A stretch of DNA of 64,000 nucleotides, from the NCBI GenBank assembly GCA_964304625.1, contig OZ199838.1, positions 4,427,354-4,491,353 of the forward strand. Direction: 5' to 3'. This document shows positions 52,460-64,000 of this stretch, piece after piece. Position 1 is the first letter of the stretch, and each line of letters begins with the position of its first letter. Made by a program: the position numbers and the translations under genes. This stretch comes from Kudoa neothunni (lineage: Eukaryota; Animalia; Cnidaria). The notes below the pieces were generated by a model, which saw only the letters and a program-made list of their open reading frames with translations, made no database searches and was not told the DNA's origin.

Positions 52460-55262
52460 TCAATTATTATCAATAGGAAGATCTTTGTGTAAATATTTAC
52501 GGCAGCCACCACTTTTATACTCGGACACAATGTTTCCAGAACCTTTAAGAATGTATTTGGTGGAGAGCAGACCTTCGATCCCAACGGGACCTCGGGCATG
52601 AATTTTGCTGGTACTGATACCTACTTCGGCGCCTACAACACAAATATGAGGAGTGTCATATCAAATAAAAACAATTCCTATCTATTAATCAATTACCAAG
52701 CCCAAAACGGTAGCCATCAGCAAAGCGTGTACTAGCATTGACAAACACACTGGCACTATCAACAGCATTCTTGAACAAATCTCTGTTAATTCCTAATTAA
52801 TTGGATATGAGTGATGGAACAAAAGGTGATACAAGCAAGCGGATTACTGTTATTGGTGACAATAGCATCAGTGTGTGAACTTCCGAATTCGTTTATGTGT
52901 CTGATAGCTTGTTGTACACCATTAACCAGTTCAATAGTGCATTTTTTGGTGCCATATTCATATCTAAAATCTTCAGTGACTTCGAACTCAGATCCTTGAG
53001 GTTTTGATGCCAATCTAGGTCCAGCCACAATTTCAACCTATAGAAGAAAATAAAAGCAAAATATTCAAAACACCAGTACAGACAAACAACTAAAGGGGAG
53101 AACATACGTTGTTTTTGTTAAGCTCTTCGATCAATGCATTCCATAAACTAGTACCCAATAGACTGTTGTGCACAAGGATGGTTTCAACGGCATTGCAAGC
53201 AGCAGGATAATCACACTTTGAATCAATAGCGCATCTAACGGCCATTTGCTCGTCAGCATCCGCATCAATATAAAGATGACAAATCCCTTCCGAGTGGCCC
53301 ATGACAGGAATGCCTTTGGCATTTTTCTGGATAGCTCGAACCATCTGGTTGGATCCACGAGGAATAACAAGATCAATGAATTCTGGCATTTCTAGCAACT
53401 CAGCAACTTGAATCCTTGTAACAACCTAATTGACCACAACCAATCAAATATTTCCACCACTAGATTGCATAGAATCAACAACAAAGATCAATACCAAGCT
53501 GAATGCATTTTCACAACCATGAGTAGCCAACGACTGTTTGATAAGTTGTCCAATGTATTTGTTGGAGAAGTGAGCTTCTTTTCCACCTTTCATAAGTAGA
53601 CCATTTCCAGAGATGATAGAAAGAGCGGCGACTTGTGGAGGTACATCTGGTCGACTTTCACATATGACCAATATCACACCAAGTGGCACTGTGATTTTTT
53701 CACAAACAAGATCTTCATCGATCATCTTTTTTGAGATTACTCTTCGAAGTGGATCTTTGTTGGTGGGAGTGGTAAGTTGTCTCAATCCAGCAACAAGGTC
53801 ATTTATTTTCTGTTTGGTGAGTACAAGACGAGATGTGTCGAGATTTTGTTTGGTGGCAATTTCAACATCTTTCTTATTTTCTTCAATAATCTCATCGTAG
53901 TTGGATTCGATTAGATCGGCCAATGTTTTCACAATGTGGCAACGATCAGCCATAGAAAGTTGTTCGAGTTTTCGTTGACAGACTTTTACATTTTGAGCAA
54001 CTTTACCCATTGACGTGCAATTGTTGGTGAATATAGTTCCAATGAGTTCACCGTTCATAATACCGGACACTGGACGATGTTCGTTCATAGCAATGCCGTT
54101 AGCAATGACCACTTTGATTCCTTTATTCATTGCCCAAACGGCGGAATTACACTTTGATTCCATTCCTCCAGTGCCAATAGCATTCTCATCATTCTCATCA
54201 AAGCTAATATTTTCAAAATCTTCATTGGTGCATGAGCGCAAAATACGCGAATTGGCATTTTTAGGATGTGAATTGAAAACACCATCCACATCAGACAATA
54301 TTATAAGTAGGTCGGCGTCAACACATTGAGCGATAAGTGCAGCTAGACTGTCGTTGTCCTTGAGATCAAGACCGTCGATAATATTGAGTGAATTTTGGGA
54401 CTCGATAATGTCACAGACAGCATCGTTGGTATTCAATATTGGAATAGTTTGAGGTAGGTCGGCGATAGTGTCGACAAGTTTGCCGATTCTGGTTCGACGG
54501 GTTTTGTTCATCATATCATCAACGGTAACCAAAAGTTGTGCGACGTCATTGCCCAGCTTGCCGATAAAACTACCAAAAGTTTCCGTGATACATGATTGAC
54601 CCACTGATGCGCTCAAACTTCGACGTAACTCTTCGTTCGATATAATCAATTTCCCTCCAACGTCACCATTCTCATTCTCATACAAATCATCTTGCTCAAA
54701 CAATCGACTTCCAACCGACACAGCCCCACTACATATGAGAATGGGACTCAATCCTGATTCCTTCAATTGTACCACCTATTATATGTATCCAATCAATTAT
54801 CAATTATTACAATCATTTATACATTTACACTATCGAATTAAGACAACAATAAAATTAAACCACTTGGATTAATATCATAGTATTTAGACAGACTACATAA
54901 CAAATAGTTATCTTACTAAAGTCAAAACCGTTTGTTTGTTGCTGAGGTACGAAAATTCCGTACGGAGTGTGATACAGCCCAAGAGGCTGTACAGCACTAA
55001 CAAATATCAACCCAACATGGTTTAATCTACCGTTGTCAACTTAAACTCCTCCACTATCTCAAATTAACACAATCTTAGCTTAGAATAACAGTACATCCCC
55101 TCGAAAGATTTTCACATCACTAATTAACGCTACCTGTTCCGCTACCGAAGCTATCCTCGATAAAGACACATTGTTTGTGTTCACTTTATCAGTTATCACA
55201 GCACTTCCAAGTTTTATAACAATTCTCTTTGCATCTTTGATTGTGCACCTGCAGTCCATCAT
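52460..55262 (-). CDS. ALDH18A1: Delta-1-pyrroline-5-carboxylate synthase (fused glutamate 5-kinase + glutamyl-phosphate reductase), multi-exon
   Basis: GK motifs [20 protein letters not shown] and [11 protein letters not shown] motifs [63 protein letters not shown] and [15 protein letters not shown]. Stop TGA at 52460-52462. The start is uncertain (55262, or a small upstream exon at 55348). Confidence 0.95.
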
Positions 55263-56842
55263 CTTCCGAAGGGAGTTATGACAACCACAGTGTTTAATAT
55301 CATTAATAATCGGCTTAACACCCGTGCGAAAAATATTACACTTATCATTTGTTGTCAAAGATTGTGTAGAGTTGATTTATGTGGTTGTATTCGATTTGAG
55401 CGTTTTTAATTGTATGAATCGGGTTAAAATTGCATTTATTGGTCACTGTTTATCTTTGTCTGCCAAAATGGCCACGCTTTAATTGTATAATTAAATAAAC
55501 ATTCAAGCAAAAAAAAACTATTTATTTAGTTACAGAACGGATATATACTTAAATGAAAACTTTTGATGCTTTAAGATTGTAAAAATGAATCAAAAATTCT
55601 ATATTTAGCTAGTATCGGTTACGCATATGATAAGACGCAGGTGACAAAATCGCATCAAATCGAACCTACGCTTATTCAAATGTGTAAACCCGCCCATAAG
55701 AACACTAGATTACCAAATTAAAGTGAATGAATCACTTAAAGAATTTAATTTAGAAGCCACCTAATTAGCTCAATTAATCTATTCAATTAAAAGATTAAAA
55801 CCATATGATAATAAGTAGGTTGGTGAGTATTAATAGTTGCTAACCTATTACTACAAATGAATTAGTCTCGTTATTTTTTTCTAACCAACCGATTCAAATC
55901 GTATCCTTATCACATTTCTTATTTGGTTCACCATAGAAACCATTTTAATCCTTATCCGCGGTAATATACATATCAATTTTCGGTAATCACTTTAATATCC
56001 CATGCATTAACTGTAATTTTGATTTAATGTTAACTGTAATTGGGGTTTAATGATTTATTATTTATGCAAGGTATTATTTTACAATAGGTATAATTTATAT
56101 TTAATTGCTATAAATAGTTAATATCGATGTGAAGAAATTAACAAGTGAATAACCTATTATAATGTTCACGGGTTTTTATCTAGGCTGAGTGCGCCGAGGG
56201 AAACCGATTATTGGCGCGTTGGATCACGCCATCATTGCTTAATAATTTGGAGGTATTTTAACTTAGTTCCAACGTGAAAAAAAGTTAAAATACGAGATTC
56301 TAACGAGTTTCAAATTCTGAAGTTGATGTCTCAGTTTAGTGGAAACTTTAAATGAACTTCGGCTTGGGTGTGGTTTTATAATACTTTGATAAAATCGTTA
56401 AATTTTGCATGGTAACACCTAAAGTTTTGCTTTATATCTGAATATTGGGATTTTCGTTAATTCATTCATCTATATATATTTTTTTGGAATCTGATAGATG
56501 TAACTGGTTTCCCAAACCAAAAGTTTATTCGCTTGATGAATTTTAATCCCCTGAATGTAATTTTTATTGCACCTGACTCATTGTCACCCCTAACGCCTAA
56601 TTCGTTGAGCCGGAAAAACATAATGCAACATATTTAAATAATACAATTGTTTTATATATATTATCATGGTTTTCTTCGATTTAGATTTAAATGGCGATTG
56701 CAATAGTGCGTGCTATAAGATTATTTATAAACTGCACAATTTAGCAATCAGTCTTAAAGTTAAAATCAAAGTTATGATGTCACCGGTCAGAATAATAAAA
56801 ATGCATTTGATACGAGGCTCCAAGGTGTGAATAGACATATTA

Positions 56843-57211
56843 CAGTGCAACCTCGGACTTCGACCATAATCCATTCTAGAAGTGTGTTCGATCTCCGAAT
56901 CATTTTCTCCCATGCAGGATGATGAAAATCAGTTTAATCCGTTACCGCGCATCATTTAAATAACTATTTTTATTCTTGTTTATGCAAAAACATGCATACC
57001 GCCTGTTTGCAAAATGTAACTAATAAATATTAAATATAAAAGTTAAATATAGGATAAAATTTTGTTGGTTGTCATGCGATAGATTGTAAAGGGTTCGCTT
57101 TCGATGACGTTCGCACAACATGATTGAGCGACTTTTCTTCTCTGTTTTTGTCCCAACTGGATTTATGCTCAATACCCTTTATACGTGTGTTCGAACTCCG
57201 AGGTTGGACTG
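56843..57211. mobile_element. pogo/Tc1-type MITE (369 bp)
   Basis: TA-flanked 21-bp TIRs CAGTGCAACCTCGGACTTCGA / TCGAACTCCGAGGTTGGACTG (2 mismatches). Confidence 0.9.
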
Positions 57212-57633
57212 TATTCTATTTACTTAATTATTTCATTCAAATATTAAACTTTAATTAAGACTGTCTATTGACCCCTCGACGGGCCATTAATCACTTTCAA
57301 AATTATATTAGGAGAGAATAAAACACTCGATTTTAAATCTAATAATAAAATGATATTAAAATAGATTAAGATAGAAAATTACTGTTTAATTCTTATTAAA
57401 TTTCTTATAAATTTCATTTTTGTTATTAAGAATGGCTATGTTTTTATAACACCAACTGATTGTTCACTCTGTCCAAACAATCGGTGCCATAGAAAACGAA
57501 TAGAAAATGCTGCTTACCAAGACCAAGAGCAAAAAGGGTTTGTCTACATTTAAAAACCGTTGATTATATTTTTGGCGAAAAAAGGACTGACAATTTGTTA
57601 AAGATAAAACAAAATTTAAACGCTGAAAAGTAA

Positions 57634-60600
57634 TTATTTGATCTTCTGTTCTCCCACTAACGCATATAATATTCTATCCAATATCACAGTGAGAAAAACG
57701 TCCCCCATTAGAATTATGAGTACAATTGACCGAATCTAAATTTTTAGTTAACAAAATCAAAAGATTATATTTGTTGTGTACGTCTTTGCCGATGGGTACA
57801 ATTTGCATATTTTCATTTAATTCTGGGATCCATTCAAATAGAACAACAATAACAAATAGGTAAGTTGCTAGAATAGAATTTCTAAGTTTCTTGTGTTTCC
57901 AAAAACTTTTCATAAATGGTCTTCCCTACGTATTTTAGACAAAATCTGAAAATGTAAGAATATAATAACTCTTACATGATAGTTGACGGCAAAAGTAGTC
58001 ACTTGAAGCACAATGGTTGTAATAAACATGACTGAATTGAGAATGTTTGGTTCAAACTTAGAATCAATGTCAAACTTGAGGCTAATATATAATTAAAAAA
58101 TAGCAACGTTCTAATATAAATTAAATATATTAAACAAATTTTTTATAATGAAACGACAGTAGTTACCTTTTGTAAACAGAATAAAGCGCATAATGAGATA
58201 TCAACAGCATAGAACCCAAATGCACCATTGATTGTAATGTAACTGACAAAATCATGTAAACATTGAAGATATTATACAAGGGAATATTCTGTGTGAGACG
58301 TGGAGCGGTCTAATGCCATAGATAAAATTAGTCAACTGTATATGCACATGTAATGCATAAGATAGAACACAAAAACAATACTTCAGTATTGGAAACAAAG
58401 AAAAAACTGAAGGTCACTATCAATGCATGCATTGTTGATTGATAATCTCCCATTCGAATACCATGGCTATAATGGACACTCTGCGAATAGGCAGAAATCA
58501 GCGAATTTATAGCAAGGATTCTGAACATTTGAAGGGTTGTAACAAGGGTACATCGACCTTGATTGATAATATCACAAACAGATGTCAATTTTCCAGATTT
58601 GAGGGTGAATGGAGCAGCTATAGATGCATCTCCTAATTTGACTAATGAACCACTAGCCAACTGTTCCTTTTCGATGGCCTCCAAAGCTTCTTTTAATGTT
58701 TTTGGAGCAAATGGTTTGGGTTGATTTTTTGTAGGTGATTCAGCCTCATTAGATGCCAACGAGGACTGGTTGACTTTTGGTTGATTTTTGTTTCGATGCA
58801 GAGTTGGTCTTTTGCTTACTGAATTGGAAGAATAATCAAGCCCCATTTTGGGTTTCACATAAGTATTCGAAGAAGCTGCACTATGAATAACAGTATTGTT
58901 GTTCAACATAGCGACACCCACACACGATTGTCTTAGTGCACCCATATCATTGGTACCATCGCCGCACATCAATGTAGAGTAATTGAGTGTTTTGAAAAGC
59001 TTGATGATAATTTCTTTTTCTTCAGGATCAACCCGAGCCCAAACAACTACTCTTAAAATATTTGATTTTAACCATTCAAAGTGAATGGGATTATTCAATA
59101 GGAATCTCAATCCATCACCACACACACATAGAACACTATCACCAGGCAATTCAGTCTGTGTTGATTCGAATGGAATAAGTGGGGGAGATTTAACTTGAGA
59201 TAGCTGTTGACAAGTAAAAACTTCCCAGTGAAATTGTTTTGCATTTTCCTCGATCGAAGTTTTACTCAACATGTAGATTTGTTGATTTTCAGCAATCATC
59301 TTGGTAGCTTGTGCCACATAACAAGCCGTCAAAGGATTATCACCAGTTATCATGGTGACTCTGTGACCAGAATACTTGATCTCATTGATACTACTAGCAG
59401 CATCAGGTTTGAGATGGCATCTCGCTACCAGAAATCCAGTGAATATGATATCTGTTTCAGAGTCATCTCTATTGGCAAGGTGAATAATGTCAGACTTGAA
59501 ATCAGGCAAATATTTGTATCCAAGAGCCAGAACGCGATATCCACGCTTGGTGAGCGATTTGTACACTTCCTCAAAGTTGGATGGTGGATTTTTTATCTAC
59601 ATTATAAATAAGATATTATCAATACTTGCAATTGATTCAAAATTAACACACGTCTTTTTTAATTCATGATCGGATAAACGTTTATGTTGATTACAAAATT
59701 TTACATGCAATTTAAATCAATTAAGAAATTTTCCAATTCAGCCAAAATTATTCTTTTGATTTTTGAAGTCGATAGTAAGAGTCGAATTATCCTATTTAGT
59801 GTTTTTAATATTTGGAAATGACATCTTTTCTATTGATGACTTTAACAACTTAGTTATTATATTTTGAATATAAAATTCAATTATACATCCAACTCGAAAT
59901 AATATGTTAATTTTTAACTATTAATAGATTAATCCTTTAAAATAATTTTAAAAAAAATATTAGTAAGTAAACTCCCCTAAAAATCATCACAAATTGGCGC
60001 AGTTGTATGGACCCAGCTAAGCGTAATTTTCTCTTATTGGAACGTAAATAGAGTAAGGTCAAGATATTGTGCATAAATCGGGACCTGAGCTGTTACTGCC
60101 AATATCAAGTTTGCGCGTACACGGGACAATAAATTCTTCATCTTTTAATGAAAAAATATCTTTTTTTCTGTATTATTTAAGTAAGAATGCGAAGAATATC
60201 GATATAAAAGTATAATAACTGTTCTTTCTATAGTGAACTTTTGATCATCATTTTTATAATATCAAGAAGATAGTTGAAGATATTCAACCGTTTTTTGGAT
60301 CGTAATATTTAGCTGGAAAATCATCAATTCTTTTTGAACAGCTGGTCTCTTGGAATTTATAAATAACACTATATTGAAATTTTCTTTTGCAAATTGAACA
60401 GTTTATAATGTAAGGACAGATTTTTTGATTGTTGCAGCTCTTTTTAATTTTATTCAACCTTTATTTCAGATGTTCGTTGAGTCTACCGTCCACAAAAAGG
60501 ACAGTCGTGTCCTTATTTAATGTCTCATTTATCATATTTACTTATTGGACCAAAAATTTGTTTACCTAATCATAAACAATATTATCATCAACACTCCAGG

Positions 60601-63600
60601 TTTGACCGCGGAGAGTGAATTTTTAAAACGAAGGTGAGTCTTAAAATGTTAAGTCATCCTTTCCTTCAACTGAAACCAGTGATTTTAAGATTATCGGAAA
60701 ATAATTTTGTCTTCTTGGCGATCAAAAACCCTAGAACTTTGTTTCCCAACTTGGGGCCCTCGCCCACCGGTAGGGCGTGAACAAATTTTGGTGGGGCATA
60801 GAAATTTTTAAACGTTAAATTAACTGCTCTCGTGGGACGTAGAAAATCTTGAGTATTGTTTTGACACAAATAATGGTGGAATAATTAGGTAGTAAGATGC
60901 ACGTTGAAGTCAATATCGCTTATTTTTAAATGACTAATTATATAAAAATTAATAATAATATTTAACGTGTCCTTCAGTCGAATAGAATCAGAATCGTTTG
61001 ATCTTATTTTTGTCTCATTTAGAATCGTATAACCTTTTTTTGATTAAACCTAATATAATATTGATTAATTTTGTATTTATATTATTTAGTTCCGTTTATT
61101 AGTCCCGTGTATACGAAAGTTGGATAACCACGAGTTTCAATTGATGCTGTTCTTGACTGAATAAAAAACTAAAGACATTATTTTTTAAGGTTCATCCATA
61201 AATTAAGTTAGATCAGATAAAACGCATTTTAATTTTAATGAGGAAAAAGATATATACTAATTGCTTTCAAATTTTAACGTGATAGGGAGTTTTATTCAAA
61301 ATTATCAACAGTTTAATTAAAAATCAATACTTTTAAAAGAGGTGGAACACGGAACTTATCTTCAGGAAAAAGTTTAGCGAGATAGGAAAAAGGTTGGAAA
61401 ACAATGTTCTAGAATATTTTTCTTTGTTGGGTTCCTGACATTATCCAGTCATATAGCGCAGTTTAAAGTTTGAAATATTTCCTTTTATAATCTTTTAAAA
61501 AATACTCACACTAAAAGAATACATTATATTCCATGGTGCTCTAGAATCATTTACTGGCATTTCACATTGATTAAATTGAATCACAGTATTGAATAATTTC
61601 AATATTTTTTCCTTCTCTCACCATATCGAACGGTCAAATGTGTAATTTGGTGGATTAATCGAATTAAAATTTGAAGTAATTACTGCCCAATAGCAGGACT
61701 CTGAATTTTACAAGAATTGCGTCAAACATAAGTTATTTCATCGTTGTGTGTAAAACATTAAATCAAAGAAATATATACATCGAAAATTTTACAATGTTGA
61801 ATACAGAAATTAAAAAAAACGCCAACTACCCTATATCGAACCTCGCAATATCTAGACCTTACTGTAGTTCATATCAAAATGCGTTATGAATTCTTCGTTA
61901 ACCGTGCTTAATTTAAACGGAAATAAAGTCAAATATAAAAAAACGAAAAAATAATTATTGATCCACACAATGTGATTTTTCAAACAATATTGAGCGCATA
62001 GATAAATCCAAATAGTCAAGTATAACAAACAGAGCGACTAAAGGAAATATCAACAATGGGAACACTAGATAACGTTATTAAACTTCTAGCCGTTAAACCA
62101 CAGAGAAAGTAGTGATCGACCAGCTGAATTAAATAGCCTATAGACAGGTCAAATCGACAAGTCGATCTACGACATAACCTTCAAGAATATGTGAGATGAA
62201 TTAACAAAAATGATTGCGAGATTGTGATCTAATGGATTCAAGAATGTTCCCCTTTAATCATTAATGAGTCTCCTACACAATGGAGATTCAAATATAAAAT
62301 TGGATGGTTGAATGTAATTTTCTGAATTATAACCCTAAGATTTTAGAAGAATATCTGTAACAACGCAATAAACTTCCACAACGCTTTTAAATATGAGCAT
62401 TTTTAATGCAGATCAAAATTTATCAAGGAATCTCATAAAAAAAGAACAATATGTGGCTTTCACCGCCATATTCATCAAAACAAACAAAAATTACTCATAA
62501 TGACGAAGCGGATTGTTAGTTTTCCAATTTAGAGTAAGAAAGCGAATGGGATGTGATATATCGTCGATGCAAAAACGAAAATTACGCACGATTATTCAAA
62601 AAATTACACAATACAAAATATCTGATTAAAAATTAACTAAAATATCTTAAGAATCAATTTAAAAAGTGGATTTTTCAACAATTTGGCAGCTCCATATTAA
62701 GCTAAATTAAGATCACATTTACTTAAACAAAATCTAACACATGTTTGAGGAAGAAATGTTCGAATTTATGAAAAAATTAAAATCTTAAAACTTGAGACTT
62801 TACAAAAGATTATACGAATTGAAATCTCATGTAATATTATGTAAAAAAAAATCTTGATGACTTAGCAAATTTATCGAGTCATTATCAACGCTATGTTAAT
62901 TAAAAAACACTTACCATAGAGTGAAGCGTTTCAGGAGCTCCTTTTACTGCATAGAAGTAATGACGACTTGAATCGCGCGATACTTCACCACTTACAGGCA
63001 AAACTCTGTCCATATTGTCGTCCACTCATGCAAATAAGAGCAGACATACGTTTTAGTTTGCTGGGAGAATGGGAAATCGTTTTTACAACTTGAATCTGTT
63101 TATGATCAAATGAAATACAATCGGCTCCTGGACAAAAATATGGTCACTTATTTTTCAACCAATATAACTGTACCTGTGAATTTGGCTTTAAGTGTATCGA
63201 GAGCATTTTTCTCAATAGGATCACCCACAATCACACTGTTTAATGAGGTTAATGAATGACAACCAATTACAACACTAAGCGACATGCCCGTAACCTCATT
63301 CAAAGGCACAACTAATTTAAAAACACGAATAAGCACATCAGTAAAAAAGAAAAATGTGTCACCTTTCTCACTCCCCATTTTCCAACTCATCCGCAACAAC
63401 AACGCCTTCAATGACCAAATTGTCCTCAGTCAATGTCCCAGTCTTATCAAAACAACACACACCTAATTTTCCTGCAAAAGGTATTCGGTATGGTTCAGTA
63501 CAATATATGCCTATGTATTGAAAAACTAAAAAAGGCTGTTTCTATAGTGACAACTACTTTTGGCTATCAGTTTTATCATGCTATTGTTCACTGCGAGAGA

Positions 63601-64000
63601 CAATTCGATGGGTAGTTCTGGAGGGTACACCGAAGTGAGAATAAGGACACATTCGAGCAACAGTTTGTATCGACTACGAACGGGGATCTTTAATTCCTTC
63701 AATCCACACATACCCAGCAGCGATACAAGCAAAAATTGACAAAAACAACAAAAACAAAGCTGTTTCCAGGGTTGTTGTTAGGCACATGATTAACACTGTA
63801 CATAATGGTACGTAAAAGACGTCCTTTAGAAGTGGAAAATCCTGTTCTCACACAAAGTGCGAGCGATCCATGATCAGGCGGGATTGATGACTTTCTTGAT
63901 TAGGTTTTGTTTCAAACCACTACTGTTGAGAATCGTTTGTGCCACAAGAGATGAGATTGACCTTCGGAATGTGCTCCAATTTGAATGGTTCACCGTAGAG
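57634..64000 (-). CDS. ATP13A1: P5A-type ATPase (ER transmembrane helix dislocase, Spf1-like); 5' part lies outside the window; 3.3 kb TE-filled intron 59597-62914
   Basis: Motifs [66 protein letters not shown] and [13 protein letters not shown], with C-terminal [18 protein letters not shown]. Exons beyond 62900 contain several apparent 1-bp indels. Confidence 0.93.
60051..61864. mobile_element. Degenerate pogo/Tigger-type element in the ATP13A1 intron
   Basis: TA|GAGTAAGGTCAAGATATTG ... CAATATCTAGACCTTACTG|TA inverted termini. Confidence 0.7.
60737..61406. mobile_element. hAT (Charlie-like) MITE nested in the pogo element
   Basis: TIRs CTTTGTTTCCCAACTT / AGGTTGGAAAACAATG. TSD CCCTAGAA / TTCTAGAA (NTCTAGAN-type target). 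Confidence 0.7.

Noticed and set aside
52460-55262. Bacterial proBA horizontal transfer, or a functional proline-supply cluster with the collagenous nematogalectin
   Set aside because: A fused, intron-containing P5CS is the normal animal form. Adjacency to a collagen-domain gene is suggestive only, and nothing in the sequence supports co-regulation.
62000-62500. Possible Mutator-like transposase remnant
   Set aside because: Only a faint motif resemblance and no termini, too weak to call.
57634-64000. ATP13A1 as a true pseudogene
   Set aside because: The indels are confined to the last 1.1 kb or so and mostly fall in homopolymers, while catalytic motifs and the downstream exons are intact. 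Sequencing error is more likely.
1-64000. CRISPR arrays, rRNA, prokaryotic operons or defence systems
   Set aside because: No regularly spaced direct repeats or rRNA-like sequence are present. All genes are eukaryotic, and all but one CDS is spliced.

Overview
AT-rich eukaryotic genomic DNA with very short GT-AG introns (mostly about 35-65 bp) and gene islands separated by dense, nested DNA-transposon debris. A collagen + SUEL/Gal_lectin gene (nematogalectin type) points to a cnidarian. The tiny introns and strongly diverged housekeeping proteins suggest a myxozoan parasite (inference). Host genes: an Enigma-type PDZ+3xLIM protein (+), TIPRL/TIP41 (+), CDC16/APC6 (-), a CHD7/8/9-Kismet-type remodeller (-), an intronless secreted SUEL lectin (-) head-to-head with a long N-glycosylated nematogalectin (+), P5CS/ALDH18A1 (-), and the 3' part of ATP13A1 (-, runs off the window). 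Mobile DNA: several piggyBac elements/MITEs (TTAA), pogo/Tigger-type elements (TA), hAT MITEs (8-bp TSDs), a Merlin transposase relic, a roughly 9 kb nest of three Helitrons and a candidate tRNA-derived SINE. No CRISPR, rRNA or convincing tRNA gene was found. The best candidate for something new is the divergent nematogalectin / collagen-less lectin pair. A structured intronic RNA candidate and an apparently reduced mitochondrial presequence in P5CS come next. Exon boundaries and alignments were done by eye, and protein family calls rest on remembered motifs, not database searches.
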